Assembly (NCBI GenBank): GCA_903813345.2
Contig: CAIIXF020000001.1
Span: 43,338,001 to 43,402,000 of the forward strand
Reading direction: 5' to 3'
Length of the DNA: 64,000 nucleotides
From: Owenia fusiformis
Lineage: Eukaryota
Shown here: positions 12,723 through 43,900 of the stretch, one piece after another
How positions within the stretch are numbered: the first letter of the stretch is position 1
Layout of the letters: each line of letters starts with the position of its first letter
The notes under the pieces: model-generated
The model's database searches: none
Told to the model about the DNA's origin: nothing
What the model saw: the letters and a program-made list of their open reading frames with translations, nothing else
Made by a program: the position numbers and the translations under genes

Positions 12723-15700
12723 TTATTATTCTTTATTTATTTATTCTTCCTAAACCTTTTTCTCCTACTTCCAACTACCTTTCAAGTATATACTATATGC
12801 ACCTACTAGGGACCTTGGCTGAACTTGGGGGGAAAGGAATTTTTATCTAGGTCAAGGTCAAAGGTCAAAATCTAGGTCAAATCTAAGTTTTTTTCAAGTT
12901 TCTCAAATCCTGACACTACACTTCAATATTTTTGGCTGAATTTTTGCATACAGATAGATATTAATATTCTATTAGTCTTAGCCTTTTGCCGTCTAGAGAA
13001 ATTTTGCCTAGATTTTGAGATATTGAAGGTCAAAAAAAGGTCAAAAAAGGTATTTTTTCAACTTGCTTCAAATTGACCAAATTTTTTTTAAAACTCATCT
13101 ACAAGTTCTCAGGATTCCAAATCTGACCTTACTTTTGACCTGTGACCTTTGGTTGACCTTCAGTGACCTCCGAAAGGTCAAAAAAGTTGATTTTTCAAAT
13201 CGATTTTGTGGATTCAAATTTAGGTATATTTATTCCCAAAAGACCTCCTGAGGTCTAAAAAAGTAAAATTTGCAAGGTCAAAGGTCAAGGTCATCAAACG
13301 AAATCACAAACTATGTTTTCTAAGTTTCTCAAAATTGGAGACTACAAATCAATTTTTTTTTACTGAAAGTCAGAATATATATTCCTCTAAAGGTTCTACA
13401 CATATTAGCAATTGACTATTTATTAAAATTTTGCTTCAGTTTTGAGATATTAGAACTCAAAAACAGAAAAAAGGTCAAATTTCGAAATATTTCAAGGTCA
13501 AATTTCAACTTGCTCTAAATTGACCAAACTTTTTTTTAAAAAGCATCTACAAGATCTCAGGAACTCAAATCTGACCTTAATTTTGACCTATGACCTTTGA
13601 TTGATCTTCAGTGACCTTCGAAAGGTCAAAAAAATTGATTTTTCAAATTGATTTTCTGGATTCAAATTTAGGTTTCTTCAATCAGAAAAGATATACTGAG
13701 GTCTAAAAAAGTAAAACCTGTAAGGTCAAGGTCATCAAACTAAATCACAAACTGTGTTTTCTAAGTTTCTCAAAGTTTGTGACTACAAATCAATATTTTT
13801 GAATGAAAGTCAGGATATATATTCCTCTAATGGTTCTACACATATAAGCAATTGATTATCCATTAAAATTTTGCACCAGTTTTGAGAAATGAGAACTCAA
13901 AAACTGAAAAAATGTCAAATTTCGAAATTCTTCAAGGTCAAATTTTAACTTGCTCTAAATTGACCAAACTTTCTTTTTAAAAACATCTACAAATTGTCAG
14001 GAGTTCAAATCTGACCTTGGTTTTGACCTTTGACCTTTGACCTTCAGTGACCTTAGATAGGTCAAAAAAGTTTATTTTTCAAATTGTTTTTCTGGATTCA
14101 AATTTAGGTATACTTAATTATTAAAAGACCTACTGTGGTCAAAAAAGTAAAATTCGCAAGGTCAAAGGTCAAGGTCATCCAATCAAATTACAAACTCTGT
14201 TTTCTAAGTTAAAGTTTGTGACTATAAATCAATATTGTTGGATGAAAGTTAGGATATATCTTCCTTTAAATGTTCTACACATCTTGGGCGTGTAGCTCAG
14301 TCTGAAATTAAATTCAAACCTAATAAAATAACAAATGTATGTTCACCAAAATCAAAGAATTTTCAATTGTTAATACCACAACTAGAAAACTGCAATACCA
14401 CGGCATACCAAATCCCATCAAACATCTCCTCAAATGGCCCCCAGTCTTTGTTTCTTGTGTGTTATATTAATGTAGTTTAAATGCAGCTAAATGTATTTCT
14501 GATTCTTACATACAATACATAGAAAAAGTCAAGAATTGACCAAAACGTGGCCATCTTGGAAATGGTGCCCATTTTGTCTAACATTACGTTTTTTACTATA
14601 ACTCAAAAAAGTGAAATGAAACAAATTTAGTTCATATTTAATATTTAGGTTATGTGGAAACAAGACTGATGATTTTTTTGACTTTTTCATGAATATGGCA
14701 GCCATCTTGAAAAATGGCGCCTAATTTTTTCTCACATTACATTTTTCCCTATAACTCATAAAGTAATGAAGCGATTTTGTTCATATGTTATATTTAGATA
14801 CATTGAAATGTGAATTGTGATATTCTTGCCTAATTGAGCAAAATGGTGACCATGTCAAGGTCATTGAATTGGGCAATCACGGGGCCTCCTAAAGATTGCT
14901 TGCAATCTTGGTCTCTAGTTATTATTATTTTTCTCTACACGTTTTCTCAATAACTAGAAGACATTGAGTCAAGTCCTGTATACAGTCAATTTAGGTCCAG
15001 TATCAAGTTTCTCGGAAATTGGGTCAATTTATTATCCAGGTCAAAGGTCAAGAACTAGGTCAAATCTTGTATTTTCATCATTTTACATATTTTCTCAGTC
15101 GTTCTTCAATATTTTTTCTCGGTCTTTTTCATTATGTTCCTTGGAAACAAAGCTAATTCCGTAAGGCAAATCGTTTTTTGATTACTCTTACCGATTTTGA
15201 AGTATGGCGTCCAGAAAGTAGGTCACACCAAAACGTGCTCCAAATTCAATGTATGAGTTATGAATTAGGGGTAGAATTTTGTCAGGAATCCGAATCTGCA
15301 AACCAAATTTCGATCTGACTTCTGGTTCGGAAGTTATGGCGTTTTGAAAACTCAAAAATCGCTAAATTTTGTGCCCATGTTAATTCAATGGGAAAAAAGA
15401 TTTTTCTGAAGTGAAAAATACGAAATATAGACTGAGTTCAGCTTAATTTAATGAAAGCCTTCAAAAGAAGGGGACCTCAAAAGCAATCTAGCTTCAGAAT
15501 TTGGACACCAAAATTCCTAGGTCAAAATCTAGGTCAAATTCAAAGGTTTTCCTTATTTTTGCAATTCTGACACTACACTTCAATTATATTCTTCGAAATT
15601 GCTTGAACATGTAGCCAAGAGTGTGCTAATAGCGTTAGCCTTTTGCCGTCAGAAAGTATTTTGACCCACTTTTGAGATATGGTGTCCGTAAAGTAGGTCA

Positions 15701-17693
15701 AAATGAAAAGTTCTTCAAATTTAACGTATGAGTTATGAATTAGGAGTAGAATTTTGTCAGGAATCCGAATCTGCAAACCGAATTTCGATCCGACTTCCGG
15801 TTTGGAAGTTATGGCGTGTCCGAAAAGTAGGTCAAAATAAAAAGTTTCCAAATTTAACGTATGAGTTATGAATTAGGGGTAGAATTTTGTCAGGAATCCC
15901 AATCTTTAAATCAAATTTCGATCCGACTTCTGGTTCGGAAGTTATGGCGTTTTGAAATTTCGGAAAATTGATCTGATGGTATCCTGATAGAAAGTCAAGA
16001 GTAGAGAAGAAAATATTGAAAAATTCATCCATCCATCCTTCCTATCTGATCCTATCCTTCCTATCTATCCTTCCTTCGTATCCTTTCCTTCCTATCCTCT
16101 CCTATCATACCCTTTCTTCCTATTCTGTTCTATCCTATCCTTCTTTCTTATTTTATCCTATCGTTCCTTCCCATTCTATCCTATCCTACCTTCCTATTTT
16201 ATCCATCCATCTTATTCTGGATGACTCAGCTTATTCTGGATGACTCGGCTTATTTTAGATGACTGGGCTTAAAAAAAGTCTAGATCTGGAGTCTGAAATT
16301 GAACTTCGTTCAATTTCCAAAGTCTAGTTATTCTTCCTCCCTCTTTTTCTCCTACTTCCAACTACCTTTCAACTAGGTACTACATAGTCCTACTAGGGAC
16401 CTGGGCTGAACTTGGCGGGAAAGGAATTTTTATCTAGGTCAAGGTCAAAGGTCAAAATCTAGGTCAAATCTAAGTTTTTTCAAGTTTCTCAAATCCTGAC
16501 ACTACACTTAAATATTTTTGGCTGAATTTTTGCACACAGATAGATATTAGTATTCTATTAGTCTTAGCCTTTGCCGTCTAGAGAAATTTTGCCTAGATTT
16601 TGAGATATTGAAGGTCAAAAAAAGGTTTAAAAAGGTCTTTTTTCAACTTGCTTCAAATTGACCAAATTTTTTTTTAAAACTCATCTACAAGTTCTCAGGA
16701 TTCCAAATCTGACCTTACTTTTGACCTTTGACCTTTGGTTGACCTTCAGTGACCTCCGAAAGGTCAAAAAAGTTGATTTTTCAAATCGATTTTCTGGATT
16801 CAAATTTAGGTATATTTATTCACAAAAGATCTTCTGAGGTCTAAAAAAGTAAAATTTGCAAGGTCAAAGGTCAAGGTCATCAAACGAAATCACAAACTGT
16901 GTTTTCTAAGTTTCTCAAAATTGGAGACTACAAATCAATTTTTTTTACTGAAAGTCAGAATATATATTCCTCTAAAGGTTCTACACATATTAGCAATTGA
17001 CTATTTATTAAAATTTTGCTCCAGTTTTGAGATATTAGAACTCAAAAACTGAAAAAAGGTCAAATTTCAAAATTTTTCAAGGTCAAATTTCAACTTGCTC
17101 TAAATTGACCAAACTTTTTTTTAAAAAGCATCTACAAGATCTCAGGAACTCAAATCTGACCTTAGTTTTGAACTATGACCTTTAGTTGACCTTCAGTGAC
17201 CTTCGAAAGGTCAAAAAAGTTAATTTTTTAAATTGATTTTCTGGATTCAAATTTAGGTTTCTTCAATCAGAAAAGATATACTGAGGTCTAAAAAAGTAAA
17301 ACCTGTAAGGTCAAAGGTCAAGGTCATCAAACAAGATCACAAACTGTGTTTTCTAAGTTTCTCAAAGTTTGTGACTACAAATCAATATTTTTGAATTAAA
17401 GTCAGGATATATATTCCTCTAAAGGTTTTACACATAATAACAATTGATTATCTATTAAAATTCTGCACCAGTTTTGAGATATTGGACCTCAAAAACTGAA
17501 AAAGGTCTAATGTTGAAATTTTTCAAGGTCAAATTTCACATTGCTTCAAATTGACCAAACTTTTTTTTAAAAATCATCTACAAGATGCCTGGAGTTCATA
17601 TATGTCCTTGTATTTAAGATTTGACCTTTGGCTGACCTTTAAATGTTCAAAAAAGCCTACGGGGCCTCCGTAAGATTGCTTGCAATCTTCTAG
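12723..17693 (+). mobile_element. HINE-like bodies B (12723-14918), A (14919-16327), B (16328-17693)
   Basis: Same family-specific 3' hairpin+CTAG ends at 14915-14918, 16324-16327 and 17690-17693. Each body restarts with a TT microsatellite. Confidence 0.72.
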
Positions 17694-18521
17694 TTATCCC
17701 AACAAACGAAGTTCTGTAGGGATATAGTGAAGCCCTCCGTCCGTCAGTCTGTCAGTCTGTCAGTCCGTCAGTCAGTCCATCTGTCTGTCCGGAAGATAAC
17801 TCGAATACTAGTGGACAGATTTTCTTCATATTTGGTGGAAAGATGTATACTGGTCAATAGTTTTACGCAAAAAGATGGCCGCCAGTTTAAAAATGGCGGG
17901 ATTTTTTTGCAAAAATCTTATGTTTTTCATTTTAAACTAAAATAATAAATATTATTAATTGAAATTTTGGTAGTATATTAACAACATCTATCTAATTCAT
18001 ATATATCCTGGGTTTTTCACCCTGACCCCCAGGGGCCGTAAATGGGGGATCGGGAAAACAGGAATTTGCGTTAATTTTGAGATGTTTTTGAAGTATAGCT
18101 TTATTATACTCAAATGAAAGGCAATTTAGAGGAGATTGTTAATATTGTAGCGTTTTTTTGATTCGGGCCTCAAAAAACTCAAAATGGCCACTTATGCGGG
18201 ATTTCGCAATTATTTTCTAATCTCCTCAAAGTATGGCTATATTATACTCAAATTGAAGGTATTTCAGAGTAGATCATAATTATGGCATTGTTTTTTCTGA
18301 TTTGCGCCTCTGAAAATTCAAAATGGCTGACTAGAGCAGAAATTCGCAATTACTTAGAGTAATCTTGAAAGTATGGTTACATGATAGTACAATAATATAA
18401 AATATTTATTGAAGGTAAGAGTAGATGGTAAATATTACATTGTGGCTGTACAGATTGATGATTTACTTAAGTATATAGTGTTCGTTGGGATTTGCTACTC
18501 CGTGGAGTTGCCATTTTCTAG
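17694..18521 (+). mobile_element. Complete DINE-1/HINE-like element, family C (~830 bp)
   Basis: 5' TTATCCCAACAAACGAAG..GGGATAT, (GTCC/GTCT)n microsatellite, 3' subterminal GTTCGTTGGGAT, hairpin GCTACTCC GT GGAGTTGC, CTAG-TT. Confidence 0.78.
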
Positions 18522-19313
18522 TTTATCCTCTGTTTGACAGCTGAGCACTAGTGGATAAATATCAGATATTGGTATTATTGCTATTAGCAATAATATCTTT
18601 ATTTTCAAGACTTTATTGATTTTATTGCTTAAGAATTTTTGGTCTGCAATTTGTTAGAACCAACAGGGCACACTTTAAATTAGCATTAGCAGATAATAAA
18701 CATCGCTATAAGCGATCATATCGATATTATCAAAATTTTATCGCTTATTTATAAAAGCGATATTCTGCTCCTAGATGAACTTGTGTAAATATAGGGCACT
18801 GACACCCAGGGAAGTGTTTACACTGGTTTATTGGTTTAAATAAACAAGTCTTTTGAAACATTTACTATTAAACATAGCTTAGTTTCCTGTTATTTTGAAT
18901 CATGATAAACTTGTCATCATATACCCTTAAATTTTATATAAGGTTTGGTGATCCAGGAAACCTAATATTCTAGGCATTTTGAAATCTCCCATCTGAGTTC
19001 ATATTCAATAATATTCAATTAATATGATAAAATGATCAAAACTATATATTTACATTGCAGTGATCTCCAAAGGATTTTTTCTCAACTGGGTGCAAAATTC
19101 TCATTTTCACAATTCACACTGAAATTGGTCAAAATATACCCATTTTACATGATTTTCTCATTTTCAAGTGGGTGCAAATGGATTTTCAGGTTGATGCAAG
19201 CCTGTTTTTTAAATCTCAGATGGGTGCTGCGCCCACTTGCTTTAATCCTTGGGAGATAACTATATTGTACATTTTTCCATTGTTAAAATGATTGTGTGCT
19301 TTGTATGTTTCAG

Positions 19314-38293
<18,980 letters not shown>

Positions 38294-39176
38294 TGTTGTT
38301 CATAAATGGATTCAGAATGGAATAAGTGGAGGGATTATTTTTATATGGAGGACTTTGTACATACTTCTACATGGACAATATATAGTGTGGGTACCACACA
38401 GTTGGGTATCTATGGTATTGTATAAATAAGAATTTTGCTGATGAGCACAAAACATGGAAATACTCTGTGTCTGATTCTTTTAGTTGGTACTTTGACTTTA
38501 TAAAAAACAGGGTTTTCAACGAAAAAGTACTATATTATATAGTACTACAGTATAGTGACATATTTGAGATCATTATTTTACAGATTGAGAAATATAATCA
38601 ATCATGTGATGGGGTTTCTATTACTCTTATAACCTGTAAATAGACTAAATATTGTGTACATAATATGAGATGTTATTTGTGCATAATGTTACAGCACTAA
38701 AACTGTATATTCATGATATTTATGGAGCATTCAAAATGTAACTGTTAAGTATATGTCTACCTGAAATCTGAGTCAGATGGTTTAATCTGAAATTCGGTGA
38801 TGAATTGATAACACTAAATTGTGATGGGAGCTTTTTAACAGGACTTGAATTCTTTCAAGGATTCAAAATTAAATTGAATTTTGTTGAAAATCTAAGAATT
38901 TTGTAAGGATATGTTGAACAGTTGTTACTCTAATTTGTTATTCTTGTTGATATAGTGCTATACCAAAAGACGAATCTTTTGCTGTTTTCAGAGACTTAAT
39001 GATCGGAAATGTTTGATATATAGTTCTCAACTTTCTGTTTATATTTATTGAACTACCGATCATATCTAAATAGAATTCTTTCCGGCTATGGGCATCTTTA
39101 ATGATATGATTGATTACTTTTACTTTTGGTGATCAGAGAGATTCAATGAGAGTTAGTAGGTGCAAATCATTAGTTC

Positions 39177-39484
39177 AGGAGTGGTCCAAAAAACGTCCTT
39201 ATAGTTTATTTTGGTTTAACTTTTCGCACAATGCATGGATTTCAATGATATTTTAGAGTGATTTTAGTTATACCCCGTGAAAGCATTGGAGTACATTTAG
39301 ACCAAAAACCCCAAATCGGATGGATTTGTTGGTTCATCAAGAAAAATGGGACTGTTGGGCCAAATTGTGTGAAAAATGAAAGGGTCAAATATTTATAAAT
39401 ATAGTACCTCACTGCTTTTTCCTCGAAAGTAAATGCCTTACTAAAAAGGTCAAATAAAACATATGGACATTTTGGCACACCCTG
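39177..39484. mobile_element. Tc1/mariner-like MITE downstream of the GLDC stop
   Basis: CAGGAGTGGTCCAAAAAACGTCC ... GGACATTTTGGCACACCCTG-TA. Confidence 0.5.
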
Positions 39485-40940
39485 TATATACGATATGTAG
39501 TATATATTTTGGAAAATATAATATACATTTGTACTCTATACTCTGAAATCAAAAAGATTTTAATTATATAGAAAATTAACATCCACATTTATATTTCTAT
39601 CCAAAAAGATTTGTATACATGAACATATGCTAGCTCTTCTATGCAAATGGAGCTCTTTTTAAATTGAGCTTACAATAAAATTTGATAATACTGATTGCAT
39701 ATTATTATAATTACACCATATATCATTTTAAAGTGCAGTGTATACAATTCCAGTTGTAATCACATGTAAAATTTAGAATTCACGATGGCATGTAACTTGC
39801 ATTCTTATTTGGTAGAAACCTATTTTTTCTGAAAATACTAAACCTTGAAAAAATGCTTGCTTATTAACCAACATGATGTGTTTTCAAAGTTGAATTTTAC
39901 TGCGTGTCAATTTTAAAAGGGTACAAATAAATTGTACCCTTTCTTTTGGTGATACAACTTATTGTATAACATTAATATTTTTGCATAATTTACAATCAGA
40001 AATATATAGCAATAGTATAGTCTGACCCTTAACTCATTGAATGAGTAATATACTGTTTATGTACATAAACAAGGGTCGTTCGAAACATATATACATATAT
40101 TTATCAACGTTTTTCCTATAGGTATAAATACATGTGTAGTCTTATCTGTAGATAATGGAAAAACTGTAATAAAAATCTATAAAAATATAACATATTTAAA
40201 TGTGTGGTGTTACTAATTACCTAAGGATTGACTCCCATAAATTATTCTCCTACTCTGATACTATTCAATCATACATGTATAATTAATTATCTATATCCAA
40301 TCTTATCTGCATTACATGTTTATCTATAGTATTATATATATCTTTTATTGACTCTTTTTAGATGTCATATCATGACATATTCGTCACTAAGGTAGAGCAG
40401 TTCTTCCCATTGTCTTTATCCTGGCTAGAACCATAGACAATTCTAGCCAGCGCCAGCCTTTTATCGAGTTAGCAGCACTCTAGCAATCGCAGGTATAGGT
40501 CAGCAGTCATAGGTATTGAATTAGACCATTCAAATTTCAATATATATTATACTATATGTCTAATTTCACATTCCGATTAAATCAAATTTTCAGGAAGCAA
40601 ACAAAAATTGAAGTGCCTAGTGTATATATACTTGTAATGATTTCAAATGACCATAGAAACTTTTTTAATTGTTCATCATAAACTTGACAGCAGAGCCAGG
40701 CATAAAAAATGCTTCCATGCTCAAACTGATTTAATACAATTCATTGTTTATGAAAATCACTGCTAAAGCTAACAAGCAGTGGCAATTTTTTGAAAAATCC
40801 CAAAGTCCAGTCATTTGAGCTAACATGATACCTGATTAATCGATAATGCAGTGACTATAAAAACATTAACAAATGGACTCTTCAATAGCCAGCTATTAAG
40901 GTCTCGTTTCATTGTAGACTATCAACATGAATCATGCTTC

Positions 40941-43900
40941 TCATTCATTTCGCTTTGAAACAGACACCATCACTCCATCCTTCGGAACAAATGTCCCCCC
41001 TTCTCTTATTTGTAATGGAATTTGAAGTTCATCTGTTTTGTGAATAGTGTATTTCTTCAGAAGTCTGGTTAGGGCAAATTTAGCTTCCATTAATGCAAAC
41101 CTCATCCCTACACAGTTACGGGGCCCATGACCAAATGGCATCCAGGCTATGGGGTCTCTCTTTGCTTTATTTTCGGGCAGGAATCTGAAATATAGTAGGG
41201 TAAGGTTTCAAGGAAGGGCAAGGAAGGAAGGTAAGGATGTTGCAAATAATGGCTTCTTAAATTATAATTTCAGAATTGATGTGCCATAATTCTCGGTAGT
41301 AGAGAGGCTGGATAAAAAATGTAAAAACCTGAAAACCTTGAGATATTACGTTAGTAAATGTGGATGGATCATGGTACATACCTGTCAGGACTAAAGATGG
41401 CAGGGTCTTCAGGTCCCCAGTATTTCTTGTCCATGTGTAGACCAACAGAGTCTGCCATTACCATGACTCCCTCAGGAATGTCGACTCCCTTTACTGTGCA
41501 CGCTTTAGTACATCTTCTTGCAATGATCCTATGAATACATAGATCGGACACTGCACGAATTGAATAAAAATCTGACTTGAGTTGAAACTGAAGAAAATCA
41601 TCCCATGATGTCAAGAATATTACCTCACTTGAATCACTGTTAGGGATATTGAAAGAAGATACGTTTAGAATGAGTAAATTCTAATTGAGGATCATTTTTA
41701 ACTGAACCACATATCCTCTTTCCTGATGAAAATAAATTAGTCAAAAGTTTTATTTCTATTGACTATATTATTCATCAAATCCTTAAGCTTAATACTGTAT
41801 ATCTAAAAATTATACCGGACGTTAATTATGCAGAATGCAGAATTGAAACCCAAATCTGTTTTTAAATTTGCCTAGATAATAATTTATCTAGATACATATC
41901 AAATGATTAGATAATGAGTGGGAATGTACATGTATACAGTAAAAACATGTCTGTACATATACTTACGGAGGAGCTATACTGTGTAGTCTCAAAACCTCAC
42001 TAAACACCATATCTAAGTAAGGCAGCTTCTGAACAGAGTTGTAAGTAGGACACTAAAAAAACAAATCAATTACAAAAACATTCAGTTTTCATAAAATAAA
42101 GACATTAACAATTGTTAGAATATATTAATGATGAAAGTAACTTAGATAATGACTTGACATAAAATCTGATATGTTATTTGGGGAGCATTGGAAATAATAT
42201 ACATGTACTGGGAAAATAAACTAATAGTATATCTATCCCAGAAAATTTCAAATGAAGAGAAAGACAACATTTAAAGTCTTGTGAATCAAACTCTTCCTTA
42301 TATTGAAAAAAAATACATGTACACTGAAAACAGAATATTTGTACAAATATGCAACCATACCATGTCATCATCATCTGGAAAATATTCATCAATTTCTACT
42401 TGGAGTTTTTGTTGGACATCAGGGTTCAATGCTAGTCGGTATGATGTATAGGCTAGAGCAGTACTTGTTGTTTCGTAACCCGCCAATAAGAATATCATCA
42501 GATTTGCTTCCATCTCCTTTAAAAATAAATGACAACTAGAAAACAGCAACACCAGGGCATAGCAAATCCCATTTATTCAAATGGCTCCTCGTAGGCAAGA
42601 TGTCAAAAGAAAATACTTAATGCTTCAATGTATTTACATATAAAATATCAACAATATTGTTCCACTACTTTCTGACTATAGCAAAAGCCATAAAACAACA
42701 CATAACAATGGCTGCCATTTTTAAAAAAGCTGCTCATTAAACACACTGACATAAGACAGTGTAATTATTCACAAATAAAATCTCAACAAAATCACTCCAC
42801 TACTTTTAGAAAAATTCTTCTTTGCCATCAATGCTTTGGATATTCCAGTGAAGTTTAATTTTCCATTTTTTCTTTAAAAAACAAAGTCCCAAAAACTGCT
42901 ACAGTCAATTTAATAAACATAAGTATGAGCCAGCACATAGAAAATACCTCATTTGTCATTCCTTTCTTTCTTAAACTGGAAGATGTTTCTTTGTCACCGG
43001 ATGATGTTCCAGTTGATTGGTCAGCTGTGTCAGAGTCATCAGAGGTCATTGTGAATGAGGCATCATTAGCATGTTCAGTAGCACTCAGCATAAGATTAAT
43101 GAAGTCAACTCTGTCAAGCTAAAATTATAATATTGAATGAGATGAGTACAATTGGTAGACTGGCATGGTTGTACATATTTTAAGAACATCCAACTTAACA
43201 CATTGCACTTCACTTGACTATATCAGAAAGGACAATGATAGCCCAACATAGTACAAACACCAATAAAAAGAGATTTTTGTATGAAACACCCAGACATTTG
43301 ATCTCAGAATCCTACTTTGACTCGGACTTCAGTAAACATGAGGTTTGGGCAAAGTAGGTTCAATTCTTATACCAGGCATAACAACAGATCTTCTCTCCGA
43401 GTCAAAGTAGGATTCCGAGATCAAATGTTAGGGTGTTATGATTAAATGTAAATGAGTGTTTAATTAATTTTTAGTTGTGAAATCTCCCCAATCACATTCT
43501 CACTCATGAATGTGGACTGGGGATGAAGCTTAAAAACTAAAGACTACATGTATTGCACCTTTTGTGATCTCCTCATCTGAATAATATGCCGTATGTGTTC
43601 CCGCAGATAAATGAATGGATTGTTGAAGATTTCCCCAAGCTTTCTACCCAATCTAAACCATAGAGGCCTCAATTCAGGCAAAAGGACTGAAAGCATGAAA
43701 CATAGCAATTAAAAGTAGGATATGTTTATTAAATTTCATGAGGCATATGTGACCACTGTAATCATTATGTACCCTATACTTGTAACTACACATCAGTAAA
43801 GAATAGGAAGAAAAGCCTCTTTCTTGCAAAGCAGAATGCAGCTTAGAAATCCAATTAGAACTCCTAATCATTAGTAAACAGACTACTCTTGTTGACAGGG

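Noticed and set aside
14285..14310. tRNA-like 5' end GGGCGTGTAGCTCAGT
   Set aside because: No anticodon arm, B box or acceptor-stem partner follows.
245..16243. Recurrent 60-110 aa ORFs (MHPSFLSDP.., MANFYFDLL.., MDEFFNIFF..)
   Set aside because: Chance frames in repeated non-autonomous elements; no Rep, helicase or transposase motifs, and starts/stops vary between copies.
1..19313. GLDC exon 1 (transit peptide and RRHIGP motif)
   Set aside because: Not found by eye in the window; assumed upstream.
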